A stretch of 64,000 bases of DNA from Macrostomum hystrix. Taxonomy: Eukaryota; Animalia; Platyhelminthes. This document shows, piece after piece, positions 62,101-64,000 of the stretch. The translations under genes and the position numbers were made by a program. The notes beneath the pieces are model-generated. The model saw only the letters and a program-made list of their open reading frames with translations, ran no database searches and had not been told where the DNA came from. Numbering within the stretch: position 1 is the first letter of the stretch; every line of letters starts with the position of its first letter. The stretch covers positions 3,100,001-3,164,000 of the forward strand of contig CATNEN010000003.1 in NCBI GenBank assembly GCA_950097015.1, in the 5' to 3' direction.

Positions 62101-63832
62101 TCTGCAAATAGACATTAGTATAACCTATATACAGAGATTGCTTGTGATGTAAGTGATTGATAATTAAGTTTTTTCAACTTTAGTCATAACAGTAAACAAT
62201 AAAACATAAAGAATTTGATTGACAAATATTTTTTAAATACTTTTTAATTATACAAGCCTGTCTGTAAATGCAATTTATACAACTATACAAAAAAATACAA
62301 CAATTTTAAATATAAAAAACATATTGTGAAGGTATTTATTTTAGGCCAGTTGATGAGTTTGGTCAACTTTATTAACCAAATTTTAAATACTAGAATGTTA
62401 AGCTGAACTAAATCGCAAAGGACATTTCATGATACATTTATTGACTCAATATTTCATAATTTTTAAGGATTGAGAGAACAAAACACTTGACTTCTCAGCT
62501 ACAAGGCTAAACTATAAACATTTGTGCATATGCTACTACATTTTAGGCTCTTTCTCGCAAGTAATTGCAAGTAGATGCATATTTACATATCATAGCAATG
62601 CCAGAATTGAATTAAGTTATCAGAAATACATGAGAATAGTATACATAAATACACAAGAATAGAATAGGACATGAGATTTATAATACATTATGTTACATAA
62701 TAATACAATATTAGCAGTATGTCTGTCCTTTTGTTTTGACTTTTTTAGTTGTAAATGCTTGTAGCTTACAACTATTGTAATTCCAATTTTACTACTAAGG
62801 CAGATATATATTATTTGAATCATAATTTATTTGTGACACAAAAATTAAAAGCAAACAAAAAATTAGTGAATGAAATGAAAAATACATTGCATAAAAAACT
62901 AAGTAAGTAAAGCTGGAAGTTACATACAATTATGACATATGAATGTTTGGCTAAAACTATAGGTGTATAGCTTAGGCCTACAATTGTTTAATAGCCTACA
63001 AACTGGGTGCAGATGACGAGAGTCTGAGTTGCAGTCATCATACCATATACAAACTGCTACCTTAGCATTATACATATTTGTCTAAATTGTCTAAATAAAG
63101 TCCAGGCACAAAAAGCATAGGCACAAACCCTCTAGGGATTCATCTGTTTAGGAGTTCACTTTGATGCCAAATTTTTCCTAAACTTATTTTCTAGATCAGT
63201 CACTAAACTAAACTTTTTCTTTTTGTTTATTTCTGACTGTTCTGTATGAATTTGAGCACAGTTTTATATATTAGGCCCTACTTGGTATGGAAAGATCACA
63301 CATACATGCGCAACACCCGGCCGACCCGGCCGAACCGGCCGGGTGAAACGAGGGCCAAGCAAGGTAAGTCGCAAAAACCAATTGACCAAGCGCAAAAAAA
63401 TCAAAGGGGGGACCAAGGGACAAAAAAGTAAGGCGTGAAGAAAAGGAAAAAGGGGAGAGAAAAAGATAGCAAATGAGAGCAAACTAAGTCGTAAATAGAG
63501 CAATGAAATGAACTAAGTCGCAAATGAGAGCAAAAACTAAGTCGCACGGCCGGCTAAGATTTGGGAGGTTGCGCATGTATGAAGATCACATGACATCACC
63601 AAACATTTTACTATGGTGAAAATGTAAACTAGATTTTAAAGACATTTAATGCCAAAGTAGGCTTACCTTCAATACACACAACATGGTCTCGAATACTGTC
63701 TTGGAGTTCACGGTCCTCAATGGCATCAATTAAGTCATAAATAGCATATATGCTTGGATGAACACTTTCAAAGCGTTGAATCTCTTGTTTTATGGCAAGG
63801 GACACACTGTATACAGGGGACGTGTTCGCCAT
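49125..63832 (-). CDS. AGAP1: ArfGAP with GTPase-like, PH, ArfGAP and ankyrin domains, centaurin-gamma (core exons 63832-63667, 62030-61972, 61860-61773, 59638-59411, 59264-59130, 56250-56114, 54909-54763, 53184-53026, 52263-52054, 51893-51159, 50415-49876, 49586-49125; possible extra exons near 52850-52595 and 53940-53810)
   Basis: [70 protein letters not shown]...[12 protein letters not shown]...WASLNLG..CIEC..HR, ankyrin repeats. Confidence 0.92.
50452..51078. repeat. Intronic minisatellite, about 18-20-bp unit (GAGACTGTGAGTAGTGTGT)
   Basis: About 32 copies filling the intron between the PH and ArfGAP exons. Confidence 0.92.
53392..53655. repeat. Intronic minisatellite, 24-bp unit (AGTCTACTAGAGAATCTACCCAAC)
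   Basis: About 10 copies. Confidence 0.9.
54098..54642. repeat. Intronic G-rich minisatellite, 20-bp unit (GAGACTTCAGGGGAGGGTTG)
   Basis: About 26 copies. Confidence 0.92.
55217..56040. repeat. Intronic minisatellite, 18-bp unit (GAGATGAGACACTGGAGA)
   Basis: About 45 copies. Same family as 38897-39618. Confidence 0.93.
57183..57645. repeat. Intronic minisatellite, 20-bp unit (GACACCCTATCTAACAGGTA)
   Basis: About 23 copies. Confidence 0.93.
58272..58425 (-). mobile_element. SINE family 1, 3' part
   Basis: GCATCTGAAGGC...CGGCTGTTCAGTCCGTGGACTGGGG...GCTGGCACCCATTTAAC is the reverse complement of the family body. Confidence 0.8.
58428..58890. repeat. Intronic minisatellite, 18-bp unit (GGGGGATCATTGTCAACT), abutting the truncated SINE
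   Basis: About 26 copies. Confidence 0.93.
59825..60040 (+). mobile_element. SINE family 1 copy
   Basis: GGGGTTCGATTCCC B box, CAGTTTACCCAGCTCTTAAATGGGTACCAGC, CAGTCCATGGACTGAACAGCCGTACGCAGCC. Confidence 0.82.
60805..61408. repeat. Intronic minisatellite, 51-bp unit
   Basis: GCGGATTCCTTGGTAGATTCTGTATTCACAGGAAACTGACTTCATTCTTAA, about 11.5 copies. Confidence 0.93.
63301..63581 (+). mobile_element. Non-autonomous DNA transposon (MITE) with 14-bp TIRs and a perfect 9-bp TSD
   Basis: CATACATGCGCAAC...GTTGCGCATGTATG, flanked by AAGATCACA at 63292-63300 and 63582-63590. Confidence 0.9.
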
Positions 63833-64000
63833 TAGTGTGTCCCTATCAGTGATTTTATTTCTAAAAATAAGCCAGACGAATGCTTGAAAATGCCGAGACC
63901 TAGGCCTAATAAAAAACCTAGAGTAAGAGTACTAGGCAGCTAAGAAATATGATCAGGCACTGGCTTTGCACATTCAACAAAGAAAAAAATTGCAACTTCA

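Overview
Eukaryotic (invertebrate metazoan) genomic DNA with spliced genes. The CAG/polyQ-rich exons, compact genes and minisatellite-filled introns resemble a Macrostomum-type flatworm, but the species is only inferred. Protein-coding genes in order: three tandem pi-like glutathione S-transferases, PEX10, an SLC36-type amino acid transporter, a cation-dependent mannose-6-phosphate receptor/ATG27-like protein, peroxiredoxin-4 (-), cytosolic carboxypeptidase 1 (AGTPBP1), a secreted PAN/apple + LamG-like protein (-), a class C (mGluR-like) GPCR with a one-base frameshift (-), and AGAP/centaurin-gamma (-). The window also holds a decayed P-element-like transposase interrupted by a LINE fragment, two tRNA-derived SINE families, several MITE/foldback elements and about 24 minisatellite arrays. 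The standout is invisible in the ORF track: at least five Pol III-type small RNA genes of about 100-160 nt between 35229 and 44862 (plus fragments). Their 5' and 3' ends match the vault RNA signature (GC..GCGGTTACTTCGA ... CCGC.GGCGC...CC...TTTT), their terminal stems co-vary, and they have upstream TATA-like boxes and a shared flanking motif. This is a candidate vault RNA gene family in a probable protostome.
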